From: Octopus sinensis
Lineage: Eukaryota
DNA length: 64,000 bases
NCBI RefSeq assembly: GCF_006345805.1
Contig: NC_042998.1
Location: 112,220,001 to 112,284,000, forward strand
Reading direction: 5' to 3'
The notes under the pieces: generated by a model
What the model was told of the DNA's origin: nothing
What the model saw: only the letters and a program-made list of their open reading frames with translations
Database searches by the model: none
Shown: piece after piece, positions 1 through 13,097 of the stretch
Layout of the letters: every line of letters starts with the position of its first letter
Numbering within the stretch: the stretch's first letter is position 1
Translations under genes and position numbers: made by a program

Positions 1-559
1 TACCGTTTTGATAATAATTGTTTTTGCTCTGTCTTGAGTTTCGTAAACAACCTATGTTATCAAACTTGCCCCCTTTTTCAATCAATGGGATTTTACTCCA
101 TGTTTCTGCGACATTTGTCTCCAATTATTTTTTGTTGGGTAGAGATGGCACAAGGTATTTCTCAGTAGTCTTCTTAAGGTATCTTGTTTTTTTCCTTTTC
201 TCTTGCATGAAGAATAGTTTCTGGCAGAGAGAGACCCCTGACTTCTTGGCGTAATGTTGTCAGGCTTTAAGCCACTTCCCCCAAAATGCTTCATATCTAT
301 GATTCTATTTTTTAAGAGTAGGGTTGCGAATGATGTGGTCGGGTTTGCATTCGCAACACTTTTGTTAGATAAAAGAGAAGTTTGTTCACAAACGCTCTTC
401 TTGCTATTTACTGTCAAACATGCTGACTGTAACGCTGCTTCAAAATGAAATGTCTTCTTTATTTTATATATTTATTTTTTATTTTCTACAATTAGTTTTA
501 CGGAGATGTACTTGCATAGCAAGTGATTTGATCTGAGATCGTGTGCTGAAACGAAAACA

Positions 560-779
560 ATTGCAGCGTAGAAGGTGTTTGTAAGCCATTTAAGAAACAC
601 ACAAAAGCCGTTCGATTCACTTCAACATTTAAGTTGAATTTGTCAAAATATTTTCGTCGCTTTAAGAGCGGTCTTAAAGCGACGAAAATATTTTGACAAA
701 TTAAACTTAAATGTTGAAGTGAATCGAACGGCTTTTGTGTGTTTCTTAAATGGCTTACAAACACCTTCCACGCTGCAAT
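560..779. repeat. Near-perfect 108-bp-arm palindrome / foldback
   Basis: Arms at 560-667 and 672-779 with a 4-nt loop (gcgg) and two mismatches. Confidence 0.9.
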
Positions 780-1388
780 CGTTTACAATTAGTTTGCAAA
801 CTTAAATAACATTTACTTCAGCTTTCCTTTTTTTCTCTTAAGGAGTTATAGTTATAAAAAGTGGGGCGGGGTATTCATTGTCAAGAATGACATAGTAACT
901 TAACACACTGTCACTGTACATTAACAGAGATTCATTGTATCTCTATGTCGAATTGAACTTTTGTACTTTGCACCAGCTCATTTTGAGTGTATGCAATGTG
1001 CATTTTAGACATGGCTATGTAGGGTTTAACCTGTCCTCTTGTAAAGTTATTATCTTTTTAAGATATAGAAGAGGTTTAAGAAACCAATTTGAGATCGAGG
1101 GATTAGTTGGTGCTCTGTGGTGTAACCAGTAACATGGCCTCACTGCAAGTGATAGGCACATGGTTCGATGAAGTTCTTTTCTCTCTCCTTTGTTTCATAT
1201 TGGTGCTTGAAATATCTCAAATTATTTTGCATTTTGAATCTTAACATTTAATTTATTCTTATTAGTTTTATGTAAAATATATTACTCAAATAGTGTTGTT
1301 ATTACAGTGCGAACAAGCTATCAGCCATTTAAGAACATACTAAATCTATGCACTTTTCGTTTGTCTTGAGATATTTTTCTGCCGTACC

Positions 1389-1451
1389 GCAATCTGGTTA
1401 CTAAAACAGTTCCACTGCAGCTCAGTGAAATAGTGTCAGTAACCAGATTGC
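1389..1451. repeat. Short imperfect hairpin (MITE-like)
   Basis: gcaatctggttact / agtaaccagattgc form 14 perfect bp, with imperfect inner pairing. Confidence 0.6.
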
Positions 1452-4400
1452 AGACGTGCGACGAAATTTTTAATAACCCAGCAAATAAAAGTTAAATATA
1501 ATAGATTTTTCTGTGTTCTTGAATAGCTAAGACGGTGCTTTGACGATGTGATTACTGTGGTTTCAGCACAGGGCCTTAGATGGAGTCATTTGGTAAATAA
1601 GTGCAACTATGAAATATATAACAGTGATTTCCTTTATGATTGACGAATGGCAGAACCTGCAGACTCCTGACGAATGCCTTGTAGAATATAATTATACTTC
1701 TATCCTTTTACGTTTTAAATTTAAGAAAAACTACGGAATACAAATTCTGTCCTTTCGGGATAGTTTACTGGCCCAAATTTAATGACTTCTAATCATGTTA
1801 GAAATCTTTTATCGTAATAAAAAGGGATGTGTAATAAGTCGAACAGAAGATTTACTGCCAGTTTACTTTGACAACCTATCTAGCATCAGTCAGTAAGATT
1901 TTCACGCACTTCTAGGAAATAAACAACCCCATTCTTTTACTCCTTTGTTGGTTCCACTCAGGCTATGGCTTACTGGTTAAAAATAGGCGTTGATTGTTTT
2001 TTCTTCTTTTTTCTTTTCATCCTAGTCTAGAGGAGGAAAAGCAACGATCATAACTTTGACAGGGAACACGTCAGTGCCTGGTGAAATGTCAGAGAAAAGC
2101 TGTTCTCAGACCGGAGATATGATCTGAATACTTGCAACACAGAGGATTCCTTTAAAGTCGGCCAACCCTAAGCCTAAGCCTAACCCTAACCCTAGATGAT
2201 GGTTTAAAGCTGAGCGAAAGTTTAGGTCTACTACACCAAACCAGGAACGGTTATTTCGGCGGGTTTTCACATATTTTCTCAACCAATATAAATCACATCG
2301 ACGATCCAAGTTTACTTGACCAAAGTATCATTAATACAGAGTAATAGTTATATAAATATTGATTAAAAAAATAGCTATAGCTGGAATGCTTTGTGTCTGA
2401 TAAATAATTGAATCAGAATATCTTAATATCTTTTAAAGTCTTAGTTCAGATTAGCATTCTAAGCAATTGTGGCTATTAAGTTCGATTAGTTCAACCAATT
2501 ATTTAATACTATATACAATGTGTCTTTTGGAACAATGAAATAGTGTACTTCAATACTTACCATCTGTAGTTCTAATATTACAGAGAAAGTTATATGACTT
2601 TTTGTCATATTCATGCTGCAGTTCTAGTTAGAAATTGTTGTATACATTATTATATTAAAGATATTATGTTATATTAATAAACGAGAATATATAATGTCTT
2701 ATACTGAGTAAAATAAAAAGCCAACTCAATCTAATTTAATGTGGTTAACAGCGCGGGTTTATTTGCGTCTAAAGCTGCTATTGCATTCATTATTTATACA
2801 ACCTTTTCTGAACAATTGTTTAGAATAACGAATTAGGCTGCATAAAAGTTTAGCTTTGTAACGTATATGATGGTGTATTATCTCTGTCTTGTTCGCTTGC
2901 TATGAATATGAACGTATAAAATGGTGTATTTTTAGATCAAATTCTAGTTTTCGTTCTTTAAAATTTCTATTTTCTCTGTACAATGGCAGATCAAATACTT
3001 TAAACTTAGAAAGACTAGTGTAAAGGTTTAGCTCGAGTTTCTATGCTCTTGTCTTATTTTATTATTAATGTGTTGATTGATACAATGTCGGAAAGAACTG
3101 ACAAATGAATTATAAAGTTTCAGGTGTACACCTGCCTGTAACTTTACCACTCATAATAAACGGTTATGCTGCGTTTGGTCTTCTATTTATTTCAATAGCT
3201 AAATCTGTAAAGAGGATATTATTATCATAATGAAAAAATATGAGCTAAGGGACAAATGGAAAGAATTTAAATAAGTGATCTCTCCCACCTTTCTCTCTCC
3301 CCTCTTTCTCTTACACACACACAAATACGTACATGCATGAATGTTCGTAAATTTACGTGTGTGTGTGCGTGTGTGTGTGTGCGTATGCGTGTACGCGTGC
3401 GTACGTGAGTGTTTATATACGGGTGAGTGGAAAAACGAAAGAAAGGTAGAATATGTTTACTGCATATATTATTATCTAAAATAGTTTGATTTGGTATCAT
3501 GCGACTTACAGTTTCGTAGGCTTCTTACAGAAGCCTAGCTCGTGAGGCTCAGTTAACTGAATGGGAACAATGCAACAAGTCAAAGATGACTTCGGGAGAC
3601 AGGGTTATCATTGGTGAAGGCGAGTTACATAGTGTTTTTAGAAGTGAGATCAACATTACAGCGACACCAGATGCATTAAAAAGAATTTCTTGGACCGCGA
3701 AGCTGAACAAGAAGCTGATAGTGTCTTGTTGTCTAATCGGGAGAGCTTGTTTGTGCAATCTATATACCAGATGTATCAGTGCGTAGATGTATGTGTCTGA
3801 TGTCTATACATGTGTATCTGCTATGCATGTGTGGGGTGCGCATGTGTGTAAGCTGGCGAGTGGGTGAGGGCTGGTTGCCGCGGACAATCCAGATATATCA
3901 ACCTTAACATTGCACACATACATGTCGTTCTAGACACACGCACACATTCATACGAACACATATAGAATGTATATACGGGAATTATATACCCACATTCACC
4001 AATTATCCATACCAGCATACAATCATACATGCCCCCTAAACAAGTACGCGTACACAAACGTATTCATTAGAACACTAACGCTCACGTATTCGCACACGCG
4101 CGCACACACTCACGCAAATACAGATTGTGATTCAGATGCAACAAATATACACAGCTGATACATACACCCAAATGTTTGCGCACGCAAGTACTCACACATG
4201 GCTAACGCACACCCATACGTACATGCACCCTAGCAAACGCGCACATACGCTTCAACGAGCTTATCCCATCGGCTCTCACACAGATGTGCAATGCCATCCC
4301 CCCACACTCACACACATATGCACACAAGATATATACGTATAGGCATCAGTCACCAACATCCACGCACTCATAGAACTGGTATACACACACACACCTTCAC

Positions 4401-4669
4401 CCAGACGTCCCTTCAAAGACCGGCTGGTCAGCGAGGCGCAATCAGCTTCTTGTCCAGCAACGCGGTCCAAAGAAATTCTCCTTTCCAATGCATCCTGTGT
4501 CACTGTAATGTCGATCTCACTTCTAGCAATATCATGTTACCCACCTTGACCAATTGTAGCCCAGTTATCGGTAGCCATCATGGACTTCATGCATCGTTAG
4601 CAGATCCCTACCAACTAGGTATCCATAAGAAGCCTACGAAACTTCGCATGAGTCTGAATCAAATCGTTT

Positions 4670-4724
<55 letters not shown>

Positions 4725-4725
<1 letters not shown>

Positions 4726-5503
4726 CTCCAAGCCTGTTCACAAAAAACTACCAGGCTAACGTTCTTCAAAACGGTACTGACCCTAAATGCAGATTCTCTG
4801 ACACATTTGATGAAACAATAGACCATCTCGTCTCAGGATGTCATGTACTGACACCAAATGAATACAAAAATTGCCACGATAGGGTAGGACAGTATTTACA
4901 CTGGAAAATGTGTACACACTACAAAATCAGCACTCCGGCTTACTGGTATGAACATTATCCTAAGCCAGTCGTTGAAGGTAAAAATTTCACTATCTTCTGG
5001 TATTTTCCAGTTAACATTGACAGAACAACGATCCAGTCTAATCGACTAGATATAATTATTAAAGACTGGGAAGAAAATACTTGTAGACTAATAGAGTTAA
5101 GTGTTCCCACTGATAAAAATATATCTGTTAAGGAATTTGATTACTAAGTAAAAACAAGGACCTGGAAATTGAAATATAAAAGTTGTGGCATCTTAAAACG
5201 AGTAATGTTCCTGTTATTGGAAGTGCCCTAGGTATGATAAAAAAAGAGATATCAGAAACATCTAGATAAGATCCCAAGAGAACCATGTCTCAGAGATATC
5301 CAAAAGATTGTGCTGACAAGTACTGCCCTCATCCTTAGAAAAACCCTATCCATTTAAAAGTTTGTGTTGTATTACATGAAGGTATTTCGCTACCTCCCCC
5401 TCCCCAAGCTTTCGGTCATACTGTAATTTCTCTTGTCCTTCATTGCCCCAGGACACTGGGTATGTCTCGGTAAGTGACTGTAACAAACATGCAGATTAAA
5501 AGT
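4725..5503 (+). mobile_element. 5'-truncated RLE-type non-LTR retrotransposon (R4/Dong-like) in an (AAT)n tract
   Basis: Translation includes KCRFSDTFDETIDHLVSGC (degenerate CCHC), HDRVGQYLHW, NRLDIII...IELSVP and PVIGSALG, with a stop near 5354-56. (AAT)n flanks both sides. Confidence 0.8.
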
Positions 5504-5521
5504 AAATAATAATAATAATAA

Positions 5522-5725
5522 TAATCCTTTCTTCTAAAGGTACAAGGCCTGAAATTTGGTGGGAGGGGGCCAGTCGATTATATTGACCCCGGTGTTTCAC
5601 TGGTACTTAATTTAGTGACCCTGAAAGGATGAACGGCAAAGTCGACCATGACGGAATTTGAACTCAGAACGTAAAAACAGACGAAATACTGCTAAGCATT
5701 ACGATTCTGCCAGCTCGACGCCTTA
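5522..5725 (-). mobile_element. tRNA-type SINE (family A)
   Basis: Matches the window's recurrent acgttctgagttcaaattccgccgaggtcgactttgcctttcatcctttcggggtcg motif. Confidence 0.8.
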
Positions 5726-5829
5726 ATCATAATAATAGCAACAGCAACAACAATGATATTTATATCTGTATGTATGCATTAATGTGTGTGTGAAGGTACT
5801 TGATCAAGTGGTTAGCGTACAAGCAATGT

Positions 5830-6160
5830 CGATTTAATAGAGAGAGTGAAGTAATGTACATCACAAACATAAGCTCGCTTGAAAAAAATCATCTATGTAT
5901 CATCAAGAAGATACAGAATCCAAATTTGTCGTCTACGATAGGCGAGTTCCCAGTAGATAACGACCCTAACGGCATAAACATAATGTCACTAACGGCATGC
6001 TGTATTAAAACCGAGCGAAACAGAGCATATTTAACAAGAGACCTCTCTCAACACCAGCTGAGGAGATGCGTCTGCAGCGAGTGATGCACCACAACTAGTT
6101 GTAAAGTATCACACCCGCGAGGAATCGATGCAAGGTGCGTCGAAACGATCATAGTGAGTA
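5830..6160 (+). mobile_element. Possible Penelope-like element 3' remnant with a degenerate hammerhead
   Basis: The ORF end LTACCIKTERNRAYLTRD resembles a GIY-YIG C-terminus. CTGAGGA-gatgcg...tgcgtc-GAAAC follows at 6058-6146. Confidence 0.35.
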
Positions 6161-6221
6161 ATAAAGTTTCTCGCATTCTATTTTCCGTCTATCATTTGTT
6201 ACATGTGTGTGTGTGTGTGTG

Positions 6222-6520
6222 TGGTGGACTCTCCCGTCGAAGATGATGCATGGGCGTTTAGCTTTTGTCGAACGACCTGCACAAATGTTTTGCTTATAGT
6301 GATCAAATGTTCGTGCCGAACCTTAGCTCACTCTCTCCATCACATCGACGTTCTCTGAACAGGTTTATTGTGCGACGCGTCAGGTGCCGAAGTGATCGCA
6401 GAACCACGAGAGATGAAGTGTTTTGCTCAAGAACGCAATGCACCCTCCAGTCTAGGAATTGAAATCACGATCGCCATATCGTGAGTGAAACACCCTAACC
6501 ACTAAGGCATGCACCCTCAC
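6222..6520 (-). mobile_element. tRNA-type SINE (family C)
   Basis: Minus-strand head has an A-box-like tagtggttagg and a B-box-like atttcaattcc, followed by a ttcttgagcaaaacac core. Confidence 0.6.
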
Positions 6521-6968
6521 ACACACACACGTTTGTATGTATGCAAGTTTATTCGTACACACACACACACTCATACACTCATACATAGAAAGACAGACAG
6601 AAATTAACCTTTTATCTATTTTTCAAACGGACTATGTGTTAAGTAAATTTATTTCAACATTTAAAATATTAACGCACAGGATATGACAATGGAGTTGTGT
6701 GTGATGTCATCTCGTCACTTCGTTAAGCTACTAAAACGAAATTTATTATTGATATACTTTTGTGATATAAAGTAGACATTAGCCGTTACGACATATCTTT
6801 CATTGAATTCAGACAAGAAAGAAACTATAAATGTGATTTTATGTATATGTGTGTGTGTGTGTGTGTGTGGTGTGTGTGTGTGTGTGTCTGTGTCTGTATA
6901 TATATGTTTGTGTGTGTATACATATATAATATATATATAAACACACACACACACACACACACATATAT

Positions 6969-7367
6969 ACTCTTTTACTTGTTTCTGTCATTTGACTGTG
7001 GCCATGCTGAAGCACCACCTTTAGTCAAGCAAATCGACCCCAGGACTTATTCTTTGTAAGCCTAGTACTTATTCTATCGGTTCTTTTTTGCCGAATCGTT
7101 AAGTTACTGGCACGTAAACACACTAGCATCGGTTGTCAAGCGATGTTGGGGGAGGACAAACACAGACACACAAACATAAGCACACAAACATACATATAAA
7201 TATATATATACAACGGGCTTCTTTCAGTTTCCGTATACCAAATCCACTCACAAGGCTTTGGTCGGCCCGAGGCTATAGTAGAAGACACTTGCCCAAGATG
7301 CCACGCTGTGGGACTGAACCCGGAACCATATGGTTCGTAAGCAAGCTACTTACCACACAGCCACTCC
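6969..7367 (-). mobile_element. tRNA-type SINE (family B) with internal microsatellite
   Basis: Head ggagtggctgtgtggtaag...ggttccgggttcagtccc and core cttgggcaagtgtcttctactatagcc. Related copies lie near 13095-13430, 15080-15470, 29420-29630, 30215-30365, 44350-44780 and 61590-62040. Confidence 0.8.
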
Positions 7368-8144
7368 AACGCCTATTATATACACACACATACACACACA
7401 CACACTATCAGCATATATACTATCGACCACACATACTTAATGTATGCGTTAACTTATTCGCAGGTTCGCTTCGGTATAGCGTTTTGAGGAAGACCCTCTC
7501 TCATTGCTCCAGAGTGATGGATACCGATATTTCGCCATTTTCGTGGCTTAACAACATCACGTACCTGAATCGATCAGGGGACGAACCGAACCGGCAGTCT
7601 ATGACTATATATACAAATGGTGTATGTCTATATACAAATAGAGACCATTTCCCCAAACAATAAGTGTGTAGCTTGAGAGAGATTTGGGTGTTATTTTTAG
7701 CACGTCGAGTGACCGCGTAGGGTCGCTTGTTGGCTCATGACGTTTCTGAAGATGATTAGTGGTTATCTGTGTGTGTGTGTGTGTGCGTGGACTTTATTGC
7801 GTTAAGATGCTCCTCCGAAGTGTAAACTCTACTAAACAACAGGTAAAAGTAACTATTATTCCGGTGATTCAATTCATAACTGCCTGTTTTTTTTCTGGTA
7901 ATGCCCTTATTGCCGCTTTTGTTATTTATTGTTGTCAGTAGTGAGTGATGGTACTGTATTTAGTGACGTTGATCACTGCTGTTGTTGTTGCTATTGCCGT
8001 CCTAGCCACTGTGGTAGTGGCAGAGAGAGAAGTAGCGCGAGGCACGTGCTACCTACAAGACAACCACTTCATTTTATAGATACGGGTATGAACGAACTAG
8101 AGACACCTCAATTTCACTCCGCCCCGCCCGCCCGCCCACATACG

Positions 8145-8192
<48 letters not shown>

Positions 8193-8278
8193 GTTGTTGT
8201 TATTGCCGTTGTTGTTAATAACAATTACAATAATAATGATGTCGATGATTAAGTAGTGGTAGTAGTAGTAGTAGTAGT

Positions 8279-8319
<41 letters not shown>

Positions 8320-8329
8320 GGTGGTGGTG

Positions 8330-8383
<54 letters not shown>

Positions 8384-8464
8384 ACAACAATAATAAAGAA
8401 ATAAAAAATAAAGAAAACGTCTTATATAAAGAGTACACACATATATATATATATTTGTGAGTAC

Positions 8465-8512
<48 letters not shown>

Positions 8513-9044
8513 GTGAAAAACTGACAGAAACACACAAAAGACAGAAAAATACGAGAGAGGAATAGAGATGTGGAGCGCTAAAGCTAGAAAGATCTAAAGA
8601 ACAGGAGTGAAAGTGGGAGAGAAAGCGTTAGTCAAGATATTTCAGCTGTTGGTAGTAAACCGTTTACGTTTTTCATCTGTTTCTTTTTTTTTTTTTTTCA
8701 AATTGAGTAAACATACTCTATGTATATCTGTATCCGTATTAAATAAACATATATATATATGGTCTAAACGATAATACAGACCCCCACCCACTGACCTATG
8801 CTGTCACTTAACAGAAATGACAAAGCGTAATCACTAATTTAGGAATATGCTGTTTTGCTACCTTTTACAAATTTTAGAAAATTTTAAAAATTAGTATTAT
8901 GAATGTCTACGGGGTAATCGGGTTAATTCTGACAATCTGCATTAAAGGAAAAGACGAAATATCCTTTAAAAAAATAAATGTATTTTTAAAAATCCAATAA
9001 TATCTACCAGACTATGGCTGAGAGATAATAGTTTACTGAAAGTA

Positions 9045-9430
9045 GCTGTCCTTAGCTTTCCCCACGGCCTCAAGATGGATCCCAAACATGGCGCATGCTC
9101 TCCTTACTGCACACTGGGAAGATCTTCGAACATCTCCTTGATTTTGGCCACCAGCTCGGCCTTCCTCAACTACTTCTTCTTCCACTACGCCCCACACAGT
9201 AATTCACGGGATTACAGTTGGGGTAATTATGAGTCCTGGAATTGGGGCTGCTGAAGTCGTATAAATTCTCCAAGGAGCCGAATCCTACTTCCACTCAATA
9301 TGGCCTTCCAGCAGCAACCCTCTCCAGACCGGGTTTGAGCAGTCTCCAGCAGCTTCACATAGGCTTCTGAATCGAACCTTAAACCCTGTTCAAAGATGTG
9401 GGAATGAATTCTGGTGAGCTGATGCAATCA
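9045..9430 (-). pseudogene. Tc1/mariner (maT/DD37D-like) transposase C-terminal fragment
   Basis: HIFEQGLRFDSEAYVKLLET, then frameshifted ENLYDFSSPN...NCNPVNY...CAMFGIHLEAV, resembling the DDD-domain end. Confidence 0.7.
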
Positions 9431-10461
9431 GAACGCCTGATGTGTCCCTTCCTGTAGGTTGAGACTTTGTTGTCTCCGCTGCAGTAGTCAATGAATCCAT
9501 GTCACGTTTTTTTTTTTTTTCCTTTACAGCGTTCGTAGAGCATTGACCAGCAATCATGATGTCTACATTTTGATACCCGGAACGAATCTTTTCCAAAAAA
9601 CGAAGACATAAAATTCGTCAAATTTAACCCGACCCCCCCTCTCTCTCACACACACACACACACTCTCTCTCTCTGTGAATACTTTTCTTTTAGAAATGAT
9701 ATATTTTCTCTTTGAATCGTCAGTGCATTTTCTTGCTGAAGCATACCAATGCAGTTCTGTTAATATATTGCTTTTCTTTATTCTACATTTCACTCTACAT
9801 TCTTGTCAATTCCTTTGTTTTTGATTCCTTTCAACATTCTTACCAACTCCATACCTTCATGTTGTAGCGTGTTCAAATTCAACTGACCTAGGTTTTGATT
9901 CCTCAGTTTAGTCGTACTTCCCCTTAAGTCGCAATGTTTCAAATTCACTCCTTTCATTTTCTCATTTCAACTCTTGCGTCTAAAGTAATAAAACCGCTAT
10001 TTTTTGCTGACGTAATGTTAACAAATTTTGTATGCAACTTACTACAATACTACTGTATTTTCATTTATTTCCTATTATATTTCTCCTCGAGTGTTGTATG
10101 CACATTGCTGTACAGTGATGTGTTTAATAATAGTGATTTTTATTTTTGTTTTTCGAAAGATCATTCTTTCGAAAACTATCTGAATGAATAGCATGACAGC
10201 CAATAAGAATATAGATCTCGCGTTACGGAATTACAGGTTCCTGCAAAGTTCACAAAAATGCAACACCTCCGTAACTCGAGCGATATTTGTGATCTCTATG
10301 CAAATCACGTGGTGCTATTAAGTTAGACATGGCCTATACTGACTGAAATCTATCAAAGTTATCAAAGTAAACAAACAAATATACTGTTATATGTATGCGT
10401 ACATGTATTAAATGGAAATACTGTATGCATGCGTGTACACACACACACACACACACATATA

Positions 10462-10522
<61 letters not shown>

Positions 10523-10562
10523 GCACACATATATATATGCACACGCACACATATATATATAT

Positions 10563-11037
10563 CACCTTTACTGACCAGTCCGTCGGGCGTCCATTTGACA
10601 CCGCTGGTCACAGCACACTGTCCACTCCTCCCTGGATCGCGCCTTTCTTATCCACGTGATCCCAAATCGCCCTCCGATTGGTCGTTTCCGCTTGCGAGGG
10701 TATCACTCGACAACTGCGCGGGTCCACCGATTATCGATGAGCCAGGCGACGTGTCCAGCCTATCTAAACTTGCTGCGTGTATATTCTACGACGATATCCA
10801 AGGGATGTGCTCAGGGGAAGGTTGGCCAGGACCACCCGCGCCAACTTCATCAATAGCACAGTTCTACCTGCAATGTTATATGGTAGTGAATATATGGGCT
10901 ACAACAAAGAGAGAAGAACAGAGATTGGTAACGGCTCAAGGAGCCATGGAGAGGTCAATGCTTGGAATCTCGTTGAGAGAGCACATCAGTAGCGAAGTCA
11001 CCAGAGAGAAGTCCGGCGTGAGGGATGTCATCGTAGG

Positions 11038-11040
<3 letters not shown>
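10563..11040. mobile_element. RTE-clade LINE fragment with 5' inversion
   Basis: 10800-11040 (+) encodes NSTVLPAMLYGSE...AMERSMLGISLREH...VRDVIVG. 10800-10565 (-) encodes the contiguous downstream DIVVEYTRSKFR*AGHVAWLIDNRWTRAVVE*YPRKRKRP. (TA)n flanks both sides. Confidence 0.8.
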
Positions 11041-11083
<43 letters not shown>

Positions 11084-11996
11084 GTGTGAGTGTGTGTTCG
11101 TTAAATTAGCGAACTTCTCAAGTGTATATATATATATATATTAAGTGACTATAATTAATATCCGTATTTTCATTATATGAATGCACTATATATGTAGTAA
11201 ATGAATGTATATTATATGGCTGTATGTTTTAACTAAACATTTTTATGTGTGTGTGTGTGTGTGTGTGTGTGTATTAAATTAACATGTTTATTATGTATTA
11301 AATGAGCATTGTGTTTGTACATGTGTATCAAATGAATATAACTTATATGTGCGTGTAGATATATTTAGTGTACATACTCTGTGTGTCTGTGTGAGTGTGT
11401 ATTAAATCAACAATTTATATGTATGTGTATGCGCATAATTTTAATGAAAACCCTTGCGTTTCTTTTTTTTCTTTCTTTTTTCCGAGAAATAAATTAGCAG
11501 TTTTGGCTTTGTCTACGCGACTTTGTGCGCTTGGAGGCGGGAGACGGGGATTTGATTCCGGCCACGGGTCATCAACGGAGCATTCATGCACAAATAAACT
11601 CGAATTCTCGACGATTTACCTACCTAGGCGCTCCCCTGGGTCACGTGCCATCAATAGAGAGTCCCTCATCTTAAGTATCGTCATCAATGTCACGGCTTGC
11701 ATCAGTTTCCGGTTATGGGGGGGGGTGAAGGGGGAGTAGGGAGACGAGTGGAGGGTAGGTTTAGTATTGATGGGAATGGTGGTGATAGACAGCGTGGATG
11801 GACGATGCTAGAAGTCATCGTGATAGGGGTATGAGCGTTACCTCTTGCTTCGCATAAGTATGTTCATGCACACTCACTCTGGCATACACACACAAACAAA
11901 CATACACATAAACATTCATGTATACATACGTGTGTGTGTGTGTTGGACCGAATACAAACTCATATACATGCATATATGTATATATATATATATATA

Positions 11997-12050
<54 letters not shown>

Positions 12051-12056
12051 CTATAT

Positions 12057-12100
<44 letters not shown>

Positions 12101-12115
12101 GTATGTATATATATA

Positions 12116-12178
12116 CTCATCGTATATCGCTGGTAGCGATAAATTTCTATTGAATTTTTTTGCTACCCTAAATTGACT
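12116..12178. mobile_element. Fragment of the 29690-30166 element family within (TA)n
   Basis: 12136-12178 is the reverse complement of about 30064-30107, and (TA)n flanks it. Confidence 0.65.
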
Positions 12179-12268
12179 ATGTATATATATATATATATAT
12201 ATAATATATATATATATATATAATATATATATATATATATGCATATGTATATATATATATATGTGCAT

Positions 12269-12300
<32 letters not shown>

Positions 12301-12515
12301 TTTTTACTACCCACAAGGGGCTAAACACAGACGGGACAAACAAGGACAGACGAACGGATTAAGTCGATTATATCGACCCCAGTGTGTAACTGGTACTTAA
12401 TTTATCGACCCCGAAAGGATGAAAGGCAAAGTCGACCTCGGCGGAATTTGAACTCGGAACGTGACGACAGACGAAATACAGCTACGCATTTCGCCCGGCG
12501 TGCTAACGTTTCTGC
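12301..12515 (-). mobile_element. tRNA-type SINE (family A)
   Basis: Near-identical to the copies at 21300-21520 and 23550-23780. Confidence 0.85.
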
Positions 12516-12582
12516 ATATATACATATATATGTGTGTGTGCATATATGTATGTAGATGGTAATGTATGTATAATATTATATA

Positions 12583-12643
<61 letters not shown>

Positions 12644-12876
12644 ATACACATATACATATATTATCATTATTCTTATTCTGCTTATTATTATTATTATTAT
12701 TATATCCATATTGTATATACATACAAAGAATAGAGAAGGACAAACCAACTACGTTGTATAATTGACTAGAAATAGTGCAGATGTACTCATCTCCGCATTC
12801 ATTGTAGTTGTCTTGTATGTATCTATTTGTGTGTGTGTGTGTGTGTATACATACATACATACATACATACATACAT

Positions 12877-12972
<96 letters not shown>

Positions 12973-13062
12973 ATAGAAAGAGTGAGAGAGAGGGAGAGAA
13001 AGCGAAAGAAAAAGAGGGTGACTTCGAGAATATGATTGTGTCTGTGTGTGAGTGCGTGTTCA

Positions 13063-13097
<35 letters not shown>

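Noticed and set aside
2162-2195. Telomerase RNA template
   Set aside because: About five variant hexamers rather than ~1.5 exact repeats, and no pseudoknot or H/ACA features were discernible.
4291-4821. 176-aa ORF
   Set aside because: It is a composite of a CA microsatellite, the antisense of a repeat, (AAT)n and an out-of-frame LINE start.
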